A stretch of DNA of 56,731 nt from Thermoplasmata archaeon (GCA_022750415.1 JAKIVT010000003.1:1-56731), one strand, 5' to 3'; positions 18,378 to 27,860 are shown, counted from the first letter of the stretch. Notes: a model not told the origin generated them from the letters alone. Numbers and translations are program-made.

Positions 18378-19209
18378 CGGAGCCGAACCGCCCGGGGTCC
18401 GCCCGGTCCCGGAGTCCCCGAGCGCGGTCGCCGAGGCGCTCGGGTCGCTCGGCTTCCGACCCTCTCGACGGCGCGGGCAATCGTTCCTGACGGACCCGTT
18501 CGTCGCCGACGCCGAGGCAGCCCTGGTCGAGCGGCCGCTCGACGCCCCCGTCCTCGAGGTGGGCGGAGGTCTGGGGATCCTGACGGCCGCCCTCCTGCGC
18601 CGCGGGTACACGGATGTCACGGTCGTCGAGATCGACGGGCGGCTCGCCCGCCACCTCCGGGCGATGTTCCCAGACAGGGTCCGCGTGGTCGTCGGCGACG
18701 CCCTAGAAACCCCGATCCCCCCCGGGGCGGCCGTCGTCGGCAACCTTCCGTACGCGGCGGCCACTCCGATCCTGATCCGGCTGTTGAAGGCCCGCGTCCC
18801 GAGGGTCGTGGCGATGGTCCAGGACGAGGTCGCCGAGCGGCTCGCCGCGCCGAGCGGCTCCGGCACCTACGGCCGTCTCAGCATCCTCACCCAGCTCTTC
18901 GCGGAGGTCGAATTGTTCCGGACGGTCGGACCGGCCTCGTTCCAACCCCGGCCGGCGGTGGACAGTCGAATCCTGACGTTGACGGCCCGAACCGATCCGC
19001 TCGCGGTCCGCTCGGTCGAGAAGTTGGAGGAGGTCGTTCGGGTGCTGTTCTCCTCCCGCCGGAAGCAGCTCGGAAACCTCCTCCCCCGGTTGACCGAGGA
19101 CCCGGAGGGAATCGCCAAACGGGCGAGGTGGCCGGCCGACTGGAGTCGTCGTCGCCCGGAGGAGCTGCCGCCGAGTGCGTTCTACGCCCTGGCGAACACC
19201 CTTGGGTAG
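18340..19209 (+). CDS. rsmA: 16S rRNA (adenine-N6,N6)-dimethyltransferase RsmA/KsgA/Dim1
   Basis: RRRGQSFLTD, SAM motif VLEVGGGLGILT, VVEID, GNLPYAAATPIL. The only in-frame start is GTG 18340, giving a 38-nt overlap with the DUF655 gene. Confidence 0.9.
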   Translation: MSTTSTGSSSLPSGAEPPGVRPVPESPSAVAEALGSLGFRPSRRRGQSFLTDPFVADAEAALVERPLDAPVLEVGGGLGILTAALLRRGYTDVTVVEIDGRLARHLRAMFPDRVRVVVGDALETPIPPGAAVVGNLPYAAATPILIRLLKARVPRVVAMVQDEVAERLAAPSGSGTYGRLSILTQLFAEVELFRTVGPASFQPRPAVDSRILTLTARTDPLAVRSVEKLEEVVRVLFSSRRKQLGNLLPRLTEDPEGIAKRARWPADWSRRRPEELPPSAFYALANTLG

Positions 19210-19239
19210 TCCGGTCGGTCACCGGGAGGATTTGACGTC

Positions 19240-20172
19240 GTGGCGACCAGCGTGGACCGCCGCAACCTCCTCCTGCTCATCCTCGTCGGGCTGATCTGGG
19301 GCTCCGCGTACCCCGTCATCCGGTACGGTCTCCTCGACGGGGCGACCCCGATCGTGTTCGCCGCGTCCCGGTACGCTCTCTCCGCCGTCGCGATCGCGGT
19401 GCTCGCGGCCGCCACCGGCGTCGCCCGACCGAATGCCCGGGCGTTGGGTCTCTCCGCGCTCCTCGGGCTCCCCATCGTGGGTCTCTACGGCCTCTTCCTC
19501 TACGTGGGGGAGCAGACCACCTCGGGCGGTCTCGCGGCCATCTTGATCGCCGTCACCCCGCTCTTGACGGCGGTGTTCGCGCTCCTGCTACTTCCGGGAG
19601 AATCCCTCGGGCGGGCCGGGTACGTTGGGCTCATCGTCGGTTTCCTGGGCGTGGTGATCCTCGTGTTCCCCCCGCCGGGCGTCGTGCTGGCGTCGAGCAT
19701 CTGGGGCCCGGTCGCCGTCTTCGCGGCCGCCCTCAGCTTTGCCATCGGTTCGGTGCTCCTCCGCCGCCAGCGGCCGGAAGGCGAAACCCTCTGGGGGGTT
19801 TCGGTCCAGTTCGCGGTCGCGACCGTCGCGCTGGCGGCCGTCCTCCCCGCCCTCGAGCCCCACCCCACGCTCCCCCTCAACTCGGGGGGGCTCCTCGCCC
19901 TGGCGTACCTCGTTCTCCTCCCCTCGCTGGTCGGCTACGCGCTCTACTTCTACCTCCACCACCAGGTCGGTCCGGGGCGCGCGAACGTCGTGGCCTACGT
20001 CAACCCGGTCGCCGCCATCTCGATCGGAACGCTCCTGTTCGGCGAGTCGTTCCAACTCTGGGAGCTCGCCGGATTCGCCCTGGTGATCGCCGGATTGACG
20101 ATCCTCACCCGGTACGGGCGTCCCAGGCCGCTGGTTTCGGGCCCTGCCCCGCCGACCGATCCCTCGCGCTGA
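19240..20172 (+). CDS. DMT-superfamily (EamA-type) transporter
   Basis: Ten hydrophobic segments in two EamA halves (LILVGLIWGSAYPVIRYGL...). GTG start with GGGAGG 10 nt upstream. Confidence 0.8.
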   Translation: MATSVDRRNLLLLILVGLIWGSAYPVIRYGLLDGATPIVFAASRYALSAVAIAVLAAATGVARPNARALGLSALLGLPIVGLYGLFLYVGEQTTSGGLAAILIAVTPLLTAVFALLLLPGESLGRAGYVGLIVGFLGVVILVFPPPGVVLASSIWGPVAVFAAALSFAIGSVLLRRQRPEGETLWGVSVQFAVATVALAAVLPALEPHPTLPLNSGGLLALAYLVLLPSLVGYALYFYLHHQVGPGRANVVAYVNPVAAISIGTLLFGESFQLWELAGFALVIAGLTILTRYGRPRPLVSGPAPPTDPSR

Positions 20173-20181
20173 GCGCTCGCG

Positions 20182-20577
20182 TCAGCGCTTCTTGGCGAGG
20201 TACTTCTTCATCGGATCCCAGTAATGGGAGGTCCACCCCGCCTCGATCCCATCGCGGGCGTCTTCGGGGATTCCCGAGTGGTCGAACACGAGTTTCGTGC
20301 CCTTTTTCGACTTCGCGAGCTCGAAGTGGACGATCGACCAGATCCCGTCGTCCCAATCGGAGATCCGCCACGCCTGGACGATCCGCTCGTTCTCGATCAA
20401 CTCCACGTTTCGGCCCTCGATGGAGCCGTCGTAGCATTGGAAGGCTCCGCCCTCCTTCCGGCTCATCTTCGCCGGCGCTCCCGAGAACGCCGCGTGTCGG
20501 ACGCTGTCCATCAGCGCCTCGTACACCTCGCTCGGCTTGGCTGGGAACTCGACCTCATGGTGCACGGACCCCCACAT
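20182..20577 (-). CDS. SRPBCC/AHSA1-domain protein
   Basis: 131-aa core (EVEFPAKPSEVYEALMDS...GGAFQCYDGSIEGRNVELIENERIVQAWR...VFDHSGIPE) is typical of the Aha1/START-like family commonly paired with ArsR regulators. Start ATG 20577, with GTG 20625 as the alternative. Confidence 0.75.
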   Translation of the reverse strand: MWGSVHHEVEFPAKPSEVYEALMDSVRHAAFSGAPAKMSRKEGGAFQCYDGSIEGRNVELIENERIVQAWRISDWDDGIWSIVHFELAKSKKGTKLVFDHSGIPEDARDGIEAGWTSHYWDPMKKYLAKKR

Positions 20578-20632
20578 CCTCGTCCCGTCCGGCCCCCGAG
20601 GGGCCAATCTCGAGGAGCGGAGCACAATACTT

Positions 20633-20644
20633 AACCATTTGGTT
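20633..20644. promoter_or_regulatory. candidate ArsR operator: inverted repeat AACCA-TT-TGGTT
   Basis: A perfect 5-bp inverted repeat in the 42-90 nt divergent spacer. It abuts the TTTACTAT box upstream of arsR-family ATG 20668. Confidence 0.45.
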
Positions 20645-20667
20645 TACTATGGTCGGGAGCTCGCACC

Positions 20668-21078
20668 ATGGCCGCCGTCCTCGCACCGGAGCAAGACCCG
20701 GGTCGGCTCGACCACGTCTTCCACGCCCTGGCGGACCCGACCCGCCGAGCGATCCTGGCCCGGCTCGCGACGCGCTCGGCGACGGTCACCGACCTCGCGA
20801 AACCGTTCGCCATCTCCCTGCCCGCGGTCTCGAAGCACCTCAAGGTGCTGGAGCGGGCCGGATTGATCTCGCGCGACGTGGAGGGGCGGCGCCACCGCTG
20901 TTCCCTGGAAGCCGGCGCGTTGCGGGAGGTCGACGCGTGGCTCGGGCCCTACCAGGAGTTTTGGGAGGCTCACTTCGCCGCCCTCGCCGGTTCGCTCGGA
21001 AGCACCCGGGGGCGTGGTCGTCGACGAGTCCGACCGCCTGCATCCAAGCGTACACCACGACCGGGCCGACGAACTTGA
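20668..21078 (+). CDS. ArsR/SmtB-family winged-helix transcriptional regulator
   Basis: LADPTRRAILARLATRSATVTDLAKPFAISLPAVSKHLKVLERAGLISRDVEGRRHRCSL. An Arg-rich tail of about 28 aa runs beyond the usual family length. Confidence 0.85.
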   Translation: MAAVLAPEQDPGRLDHVFHALADPTRRAILARLATRSATVTDLAKPFAISLPAVSKHLKVLERAGLISRDVEGRRHRCSLEAGALREVDAWLGPYQEFWEAHFAALAGSLGSTRGRGRRRVRPPASKRTPRPGRRT

Positions 21079-21526
21079 ACCCCCACGCCTTCAGCTGGTT
21101 GGAGAGCTGCCCCGAGAGCGGTGTCTGGGGAAGAACAGGCCCCCGACGGCGGATGGGGGCTCCCCCGACGGTCTCCCAGACGAACGACGCGAAGTCCACG
21201 CCGGTGGCGTGGAGCCGCAGATACGCCCGCGCTCCGGCGATCGTCGCCTCGATCTTCGCCCGCGAGCGGACGATCCCTTCGTCGGCGAGCAGACGGGTGA
21301 CGTCCTTCTCGTCGAAGCGCGCCACCCGAACGGGGTCGAACCGACGGAACCCCCGCCGGAACGCCTCGCGCTTCCGGAGAATGATGGCCCACGAAAGCCC
21401 CGCCTGAAACCCTTCGAGCATGAGCATCTCCCAGAGCTGGCGGCTGTCGTGGACCGGCCGTCCCCACTCGTCGTCGTGGTAGGCCCGGAGCATCGGGTCG
21501 CTCTCGGCCCAAGGACAGCGGTTCAC
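20840..21526 (-). CDS. tag: DNA-3-methyladenine glycosylase I
   Basis: RCPWAESDPMLRAYHDDEWGRPVHDSRQLWEMLMLEGFQAGLSW...AWGFKFVGPVVVYAWMQAVGLVDDHAPGC is collinear with Tag. GTG start 21526. An Arg/Pro-rich tail of about 50 aa follows the conserved end. Confidence 0.85.
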   Translation of the reverse strand: MNRCPWAESDPMLRAYHDDEWGRPVHDSRQLWEMLMLEGFQAGLSWAIILRKREAFRRGFRRFDPVRVARFDEKDVTRLLADEGIVRSRAKIEATIAGARAYLRLHATGVDFASFVWETVGGAPIRRRGPVLPQTPLSGQLSNQLKAWGFKFVGPVVVYAWMQAVGLVDDHAPGCFRANRRGRRSEPPKTPGRARATRRPPATRRLPGNSGGAAPPRRARSIRPAPAP

Positions 21527-21603
21527 CCGGTCGGGGCGAGGTCCGACGGCGGGGTGCGGATGGGCCGTCGCACCCGGCGAGCCTCGTCGAGCGCGAGGAA
21601 GCG

Positions 21604-22563
21604 TCAAGGGACCGACGGGACCTCGGCAGCGTCGAGCTCCTTCCGGGAGGCCGCGTCGAGACGGATCGTGGCGCCGTCCATGAGCTCCTGCAGCTGCGAC
21701 ACCGAGGTCGCACTCGCGATGGCCGCGGTCACCGTCGGCCTTCCGGTGATCCAGGCGATGGCGACCGACGCGGGGGGGAATTCGAGGCGATGGGCGACCT
21801 CCTCGACGGTGGCGAGGACTCGGCGCCGCCGGTCGCTGAGAACTCGCTGGACCTGGGCTCCCCGGGGGGAGTTCGTGAAGTCGGCCGCCGTCCGGTACTT
21901 TCCCGAGAGGTACCCCTTCGCCAGGGACGAATGGGTCAGCACCCCGATCCCGGCCGACTCGCACATCCGCTCCAGCGGGCCTTCGAACACCTCTCGGTCG
22001 AGGAGGTTGTACTTCGGCTGCACGCTCTCGTACCGGGGCCACCCGTGCTCCTCGCTCGCGGCGAGCGATGCCGCGAGCCGTTCCGCGGTGAAGTTCGATG
22101 CCCCGATCGCCCGCACCGACCCATTCGAGACGAGCCGGGCATAGGTGGAGAGCGTCTCCTCGAGAGGCGTGCCCGGGTCGTCGACATGCGATTGGTAGAG
22201 GTCGACGTGGTCGGTTTGCAACCGGACCAGCGACGCCGCGATCGACTCCTCGATGTGACGGCCCGAGAGTCCCTGACCCACGCCCGGCATCTCCATCCCG
22301 ACCTTGGTCGCCAAGACGACGTCGTCCCGCCGGCCTCGGGCCGTCAGCCACCGGCCGAGGATCGACTCGGATTCTCCCCCCCGATGTCCCTCCACCCAGG
22401 AGGAGTACGAGTCGGCGGTGTCGATCAGATTGAATCCGGCCTCGACGAACGCGTCCAGCAGCCGAAACGAAGTGGGCTCGTCGGCGGTCCAACCGAGGAC
22501 ATTTCCGCCGAAGGCGAGCGGCGCCACCGAGAGGCCCGAACGCCCGATCCTCCTTCGCTCCAT
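21604..22563 (-). CDS. aldo/keto reductase
   Basis: MERRRIGRSGLSVAPLAFGGNVLGW...FNLIDTADSY...YQSH...GASN... is the canonical AKR layout. An AATAAATT box lies about 35 nt upstream. Confidence 0.9.
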   Translation of the reverse strand: MERRRIGRSGLSVAPLAFGGNVLGWTADEPTSFRLLDAFVEAGFNLIDTADSYSSWVEGHRGGESESILGRWLTARGRRDDVVLATKVGMEMPGVGQGLSGRHIEESIAASLVRLQTDHVDLYQSHVDDPGTPLEETLSTYARLVSNGSVRAIGASNFTAERLAASLAASEEHGWPRYESVQPKYNLLDREVFEGPLERMCESAGIGVLTHSSLAKGYLSGKYRTAADFTNSPRGAQVQRVLSDRRRRVLATVEEVAHRLEFPPASVAIAWITGRPTVTAAIASATSVSQLQELMDGATIRLDAASRKELDAAEVPSVP

Positions 22564-22823
22564 GGATTCGCTCGGGGAGGGAGGAGGGTCTGGGAATTTA
22601 TTCCTCCCCCGCCGGGCCTTGGCCGAGAGCCCACGCGACGGGGTGAGGGCCGTCGGCGGGGTGCCGTTCCGGGTGTGGACCCCTCTCTCCGCCCGTAAGG
22701 TGACGGCCCTGCGCGGCGCCGACGATGGCCTCGGACGGCACCGGGAGTTCTAGGTGGCCCAGCTCCGATCCGTCGACCCGAGGCTCCGGTCGGATCCGGG
22801 GCGGTTGTCGGCGAACCCGCCGC

Positions 22824-25800
22824 TCAACTCGGGGGCCGGCGACGCCGCCACAGCAGGAGCCCGACCACGGCGGCGATCACGACCACGACGGCGGCGATCA
22901 CCCCGAACTCCAGAGAGCTCGCGGCGAGCCCGCTCGAAGCGAGGGGGCTGAGGGTGATCTTCTCGTGCGAGGTCACGGCGGGGGTCACAACGACCTGCTG
23001 ATCCGACTCTGCGAACCCCGGTACGGACGCGTTCAGCTGATGCGTGCCGGCCCTGACCGTGACGTTGAACGCTCCCGAGGAGCTGACGACGAGCGAAGCG
23101 CCGTCCACCGTGACGGTGGCGTTCGCCGGCTCGACGGTCCCTTCAATCCAGCCGGGGGAGATATTGAGCGTCAGGTCGGCGGTCGTCGAACGGTTGGCCA
23201 GGATCCGGACCATTCCCGCGAACGGCGTGAATTGCTGGGCACTGGCACCGATCGTGTAGTTGCCGGGCGGCAGGGAAAGCGTGAACGTGCCGGCGGAGAC
23301 GTTCACCGGGTGGCCGTTCAGGGACACCGTCGCCGTGGCGGGTGTGACACTTCCGTCGAGCGTTCCCACGATAAGCACCATCGAGAGGTTGACCGAGAGC
23401 CGCCCGAACGGTCCCATGGCGAGTGGACCCGAACTCGACGGGTAGTACCCCGACGCGGTCGCATTCACCCAGTACGTCCCAATGCCCTCCAGTACGGAGA
23501 ACGACCCTCCGGAGGCGTTCGTCGCGACCCCGTTGACGGTGACGGTGGCGTTTCCCGGCGATACCGTTCCGTTGATCCACCCCGGGAGCGGAGCCAGGGT
23601 GATTGGGACAAAGGTCGTCTGGTTGAACTGGATCCCGACGGACGAGTTCACGTACGGGGCGTAGCCGAACAACGTCGCGGCGAGGGTGTAATTCCCCGGA
23701 GCGGCGAGGGCCGAGAAACCTCCGGAGGAGTCGACGGGGAGGATGCTGGAGTTCAACCGGACCAACGCTCCGAAGGGGAAGACGGTCCCGGCGACGGTTC
23801 CGGGGACGGCCGCGAGGGTGAGGTTGGCGTAGGTGACGTTCCCGGGCGTCACGGTGGCGTTCAGGGTCGAGGACCAGTGACCCACCGCCCACGCTTGGAC
23901 CTGGTACACCCCCGGCACCTCGTTCAGCGTCGCTTGCCCGCCGACGACCGGCGTGGCGACGTGGTTGACCTTCACGGTCGCGGTGTTCGGCCGAACGTTG
24001 ACCACGAGGGCGCCCGGCGCCCCCGGGGCTTCGCACCGCCCGCCGTCCACGGGAACGTAGCACGCGATCCAGTGGTCCGGGCCGTGGACGGTCGTGTTCA
24101 GCGTGAGGTTGGTGGAGAGAACGCTCCCGTACCATAGGGCGAAGTACCAGGTCGAACCGTTCACGGGCACCTGCGCGGGGGCGGTGAGGTTCGCCAGGTC
24201 CCCGACTCGGGCGTCGACGCTGACCCCCGCGGAATCCGCCGAGACGTTGCCTGGGAATGGCAGAGTCCCGTTCAACGTGAGGTTCACCGGGACGTTCGCC
24301 GAGATCGATGCATTCGTGATCTCGGCGGTGTAGAACGTAATGTTGTAGTCGACGCCCCACAAACACGGCGTACAGAGCCAATTGAGCGGAGACCTCGCGT
24401 CCGTCCAGAGCGGTCGGGCTCCCAGCTGGTCGGCGATGATGTGCGTGTAATCGCCGATCCACCAGCCCGCGCTCCCTCCGGTCGTGTAGAGTGGGAGGGA
24501 GTCGTTGTCGCTCACGGAGAATTGGGGGTCAAACGTCGCGCCGCCGTTGTGGGATTCCGCCGCGTAGAGGCGGTAGTGACCGTTGGTGGCGTTCTCCCCG
24601 TACCACTCCGCGTAGACCGTGCCGTCCGGGCCTACCGCGATATCCGGCTGGTAGGCCTCCTGGCTGAGGTTCGAGTTGATGGTCGCCGGCGCGGACCAAG
24701 TGGTCCCGTTGTCGGAGGAATACGAGAGCGAGACGAACGGGCTCCCTTTCACTCCGCCGGACCCGTTCTCCCAGATGGAGAAAAGGCGTCCTGTGTAGGC
24801 GTTCCCCGAAAACCCGTCAACCCCCAATCCGGGAAGCGTGAAGGCGCGGAAGAAATCCGGGGCCGGATTCGCCGCACCCACCGAGGTCGCGAGGAGCTTC
24901 GGGGCGCTGAAGGTGGCCCCGTGGTTGGTGGAGTCGGCGAAGGTGGGGCCGTTGTTGTACCACGTGGCGTCGACCGCCCCCGAGGGGGCGACGACGAGCT
25001 CCACCCCGAGACCCCCGGCGGAGGTCAGATTCACGGGCCTGCTCCAGGTCTGTCCGGAGTCGGTCGAGTTCCGGAGGGTGATCGTGCTGTTTCCGTCGTC
25101 GTTGTAGGCGACGTAGACCTCCCCGGTCACCGGGTCGACGGCGATCCACGGCTTGTCGATGAAGCCGCCCGCGACCGTCCCGGCGAGGCCGATAGGGGTG
25201 CCCCACGTGGTCCCCCCGTCGTTCGAGATGGTGACGTACAGGGCAAGCGAGGCAGTTGGGGCGGTGCACATCTGATCGCCGATGCCGTCGACGAGGTCGA
25301 CGTAGTAGACCGTATTGTTGGAACCGAAGGCGATTGCCGTGTCGGCGAGATGGAGCATATTGCAGGTGGGCGAACTCGTGTTGAGCCACTGGGGGTTGAT
25401 CGGCAGCGTCTGGTCGATCCAGGTCTTGCCGCCGTCCCAGGAGGTAAACACCCCGCTCACGCCGGTATTGTAGTACGCCGTGGAGTTGAACGAACTCAGG
25501 TATTGGTACAGGCCGCCGGAGACGAGGTTGTTCGGGTTCGCAGGGTTCTCCGCGATCATCCCTTCCCCGCTCCAGTTCGCGACCAACCAGTTCGTCGCGC
25601 TCGACCCGAACGGGAAGACATCGGGGTGGGCCGCAAGAGGGGCGGGAGATCGCAAGGGTCCGGCGCTCGGGGGTCCACACCGGGCCGGCAGGCATCGGTC
25701 GTGAGGACCACCGACGACGGGCGAAGCGAGGTCGGCCGCGGGCACGAGCTTCGGCGTGGGGTGCGGAGCGATTGAGAATCCCGTAACGTTCAAACTGGAA

Positions 25801-25910
25801 GTCGGGAGCGAGAGCGCCGGACCGCCAAGGAGGAGGAGGCCGACGGCGAAAGCCACCGCGGCAAGCCAACGTTCCGACGAAGGCAACGAGTGGCGCGGGG
25901 AGCGGCGCAT
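22824..25910 (-). CDS. large surface glycoprotein: BNR/Asp-box (sialidase-like) beta-propeller plus five CarboxypepD_reg-like Ig repeats plus C-terminal TM anchor
   Basis: Start set at ATG 25910 (signal-like MRRSPRHSLPSSERWLAAVAFAVGLLLLGGPALS). Six Asp-box-like motifs (SWDGGKTW, SNDGGTTW, STDSGQTW, STNHGATF, SSDNGTTW, ESHNGGATF). Five repeats of about 70 aa of the type GTVSPGNATVTVNG.../GTVEPANATVTVDG.... C-terminal helix plus RRRR. Confidence 0.75.
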   Translation of the reverse strand: MRRSPRHSLPSSERWLAAVAFAVGLLLLGGPALSLPTSSLNVTGFSIAPHPTPKLVPAADLASPVVGGPHDRCLPARCGPPSAGPLRSPAPLAAHPDVFPFGSSATNWLVANWSGEGMIAENPANPNNLVSGGLYQYLSSFNSTAYYNTGVSGVFTSWDGGKTWIDQTLPINPQWLNTSSPTCNMLHLADTAIAFGSNNTVYYVDLVDGIGDQMCTAPTASLALYVTISNDGGTTWGTPIGLAGTVAGGFIDKPWIAVDPVTGEVYVAYNDDGNSTITLRNSTDSGQTWSRPVNLTSAGGLGVELVVAPSGAVDATWYNNGPTFADSTNHGATFSAPKLLATSVGAANPAPDFFRAFTLPGLGVDGFSGNAYTGRLFSIWENGSGGVKGSPFVSLSYSSDNGTTWSAPATINSNLSQEAYQPDIAVGPDGTVYAEWYGENATNGHYRLYAAESHNGGATFDPQFSVSDNDSLPLYTTGGSAGWWIGDYTHIIADQLGARPLWTDARSPLNWLCTPCLWGVDYNITFYTAEITNASISANVPVNLTLNGTLPFPGNVSADSAGVSVDARVGDLANLTAPAQVPVNGSTWYFALWYGSVLSTNLTLNTTVHGPDHWIACYVPVDGGRCEAPGAPGALVVNVRPNTATVKVNHVATPVVGGQATLNEVPGVYQVQAWAVGHWSSTLNATVTPGNVTYANLTLAAVPGTVAGTVFPFGALVRLNSSILPVDSSGGFSALAAPGNYTLAATLFGYAPYVNSSVGIQFNQTTFVPITLAPLPGWINGTVSPGNATVTVNGVATNASGGSFSVLEGIGTYWVNATASGYYPSSSGPLAMGPFGRLSVNLSMVLIVGTLDGSVTPATATVSLNGHPVNVSAGTFTLSLPPGNYTIGASAQQFTPFAGMVRILANRSTTADLTLNISPGWIEGTVEPANATVTVDGASLVVSSSGAFNVTVRAGTHQLNASVPGFAESDQQVVVTPAVTSHEKITLSPLASSGLAASSLEFGVIAAVVVVIAAVVGLLLWRRRRPPS

Positions 25911-26130
25911 CGCGGGGCGGAACCCGGGGCGCGTTAAGTCGCTACCGGACGGGGCGCGTTCCCAACGCCGGAACGCCGGCGCGGACCCTCGGTCGGCGCG
26001 TTTCGGTCGGTCGGCCCGTCCTCCCAAGAGGGAGACCCCTCCCGACGGAGCGCGACTCCATTCCCGCCGTGATTTCCCCAGCCGCTTCCGCGGGAACCAG
26101 AAATCCCGGGCGTCTGGCATAGGATACGTT

Positions 26131-26138
26131 CATATAGA
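26131..26138 (+). promoter_or_regulatory. TATA box (CATATAGA) of the thermosome gene
   Basis: Centred about 26 nt upstream of GTG 26160, implying a leaderless or near-leaderless transcript. Confidence 0.55.
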
Positions 26139-26159
26139 AGCGCAGGGTCCGCGATTCTG

Positions 26160-27797
26160 GTGGTCACAGTGCTACAGGGAACCCCGATTTTGGTGCTGAG
26201 GGAAGGAACGGAACGCGCTCGCGACAAGAGCGCCTCGGCTAGCAATGTGGCGGCGGCGCGCGCGATTGCCGACGCCGTCCGGACGACCCTCGGACCGCGG
26301 GGCATGGACAAAATGCTCGTCGATTCGATGGGCGACATCACGATCACGAACGACGGCGTCACGATCCTCAAGGAAGTCGACGTCGAGCACCCCGCCGCCA
26401 AGATGATCGTCGAGGTGGCGAAGACCCAGGACCAGCAGTGCGGCGACGGCACCACGACCGCGGTCGTTCTCGCCGGCGAGCTGCTCAAGCGCGCCGAAGC
26501 CCTCCTCGAGCAGAACATCCACCCCACCGTCATCACCCGCGGCTACCAGATTGCCCTGACCGAAGCCCAGCGTCTCCTCGAGAAGGAGATCGGGACCCCA
26601 GTCAAGGCCGACGACGAAAAGATCCTCATCGACTGCGCGTTCACCGCCATGGGCTCGAAGGGCGTCTTCGGCTCGCGGGACGAGCTTGCCAAGATCGCGG
26701 TCAAGGCGGTCCAGCGGATCGTCGAGAAGCGCGGCGGCAAGACCATCGCGGACGTCGACCAGATCAAGGTCGAGAAGCGGCACGGCGGGACCATCCTCGA
26801 CACCCAGCTCATCGAGGGGATCATCCTCGACAAGGAGCGGGGCCACCCCCGGATGCCCCGGTCGGTCGCGAACGCGAAGATCGCGCTCCTGAACTCCGCC
26901 CTCGAGGTCAAGAAGACCGAAATCGAGAGCAAGATCAACATCAAGAACCCGTCCCAGATCCAGAGCTTCCTCGACGAGGAAGACCGCACGTTCCGCAAGA
27001 TGGTGGAACAGGCGAAGGCGTCCGGAGCGAACGTCCTGATCTCCCAGAAGGGGATCGACGACGTCGTCCTCCACTACCTCGCGAAGGAAGGGATCTTCGC
27101 GCTCAAGCAGGTCAAGGAGTCCGACCTCCAGAAGCTCGCGCGCGCGACCGGCGCCAAGATCGTCACGGGGATCAAGGACCTCACCGCCTCCGACCTCGGC
27201 CAGGCGGCCCTGGTCGAGGAGAAGAAGGTCGGCGACGATGACATGACGTATATCACGGGCTGCTCGAACCCCCGCTCCGTCTCGATCCTGATCCGCGGCG
27301 GCACCGAGCACGTCACGCAGGAAGTCGAGCGGTCGCTCCACGACGCCCTGAAGGTCGTCGCGAGCGTCGTCGAAGACGGGGTCGTCTGCCCCGGCGGCGG
27401 CGCGACGGAGATCGACCTCGCGGTCAAGCTGCGCCGATGGGCCCCGAGCGTCGGGGGTCGGGAGCAGCTGGCGGTCGAGGCGTTCGCGCAGGCGCTCGAG
27501 GTCATCCCGTGGGCGCTCGCCGAGAACGGCGGCCACGACGCGATCAACACGCTCATCGAGCTCCGCGGGGCGCACGACGGCGCCAACGCGAACAAGAACG
27601 TCGGTGTCAACGTCCAGACGGGGAAGGCCTCGGACATGTGGGCCCTTCACGTCGTGGAGCCGGCCCGCGTCAAGCGCCAGGCGCTGTCCTCCGCCGTGGA
27701 GGTCGCGAACATGGTGCTGCGGATCGACGACATCATCGCGTCGAAGAAGTCCGGCGGCGGGTCCCCCGGGGGCCCTCCGGGCGGCCACGACCACTAG
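26160..27797 (+). CDS. ths: thermosome subunit (group II chaperonin)
   Basis: [13 protein letters not shown]...[29 protein letters not shown]...EHPAAKM...[15 protein letters not shown]...VCPGGGATE, with a C-terminal [10 protein letters not shown] tail. Confidence 0.95.
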   Translation: MVTVLQGTPILVLREGTERARDKSASASNVAAARAIADAVRTTLGPRGMDKMLVDSMGDITITNDGVTILKEVDVEHPAAKMIVEVAKTQDQQCGDGTTTAVVLAGELLKRAEALLEQNIHPTVITRGYQIALTEAQRLLEKEIGTPVKADDEKILIDCAFTAMGSKGVFGSRDELAKIAVKAVQRIVEKRGGKTIADVDQIKVEKRHGGTILDTQLIEGIILDKERGHPRMPRSVANAKIALLNSALEVKKTEIESKINIKNPSQIQSFLDEEDRTFRKMVEQAKASGANVLISQKGIDDVVLHYLAKEGIFALKQVKESDLQKLARATGAKIVTGIKDLTASDLGQAALVEEKKVGDDDMTYITGCSNPRSVSILIRGGTEHVTQEVERSLHDALKVVASVVEDGVVCPGGGATEIDLAVKLRRWAPSVGGREQLAVEAFAQALEVIPWALAENGGHDAINTLIELRGAHDGANANKNVGVNVQTGKASDMWALHVVEPARVKRQALSSAVEVANMVLRIDDIIASKKSGGGSPGGPPGGHDH

Positions 27798-27827
27798 GCG
27801 CGCCCCGTCGACCGTGACAACCCATTC

Positions 27828-27847
27828 CGGGCCGCCTCGGCGGCCCG
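27828..27847 (+). terminator. GC-rich hairpin downstream of the thermosome gene
   Basis: CGGGCCGC-CTCG-GCGGCCCG is a perfect 8-bp stem, 31 nt after the stop. The terminator function is inferred. Confidence 0.35.
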
Positions 27848-27852
27848 AAGAG

Positions 27853-27860
27853 TTCATTAT
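27853..27860 (+). promoter_or_regulatory. TATA box (TTCATTAT) of the 27884 ORF
   Basis: Centred about 27 nt upstream of ATG 27884. Confidence 0.5.

Noticed and set aside
25911-26159. The 249-nt spacer between the BNR surface-protein start and the thermosome gene contains a 7-bp inverted repeat (TTCCCGC at 26061-26067 and GCGGGAA at 26090-26096). It was considered as a heat-shock operator or structured leader.
   Set aside because: There is only one weak repeat and no resemblance to a regulator site I can name. The alternative upstream start (26120) for the BNR protein lacks a signal peptide and lies too close to the TATA. It is left unannotated.
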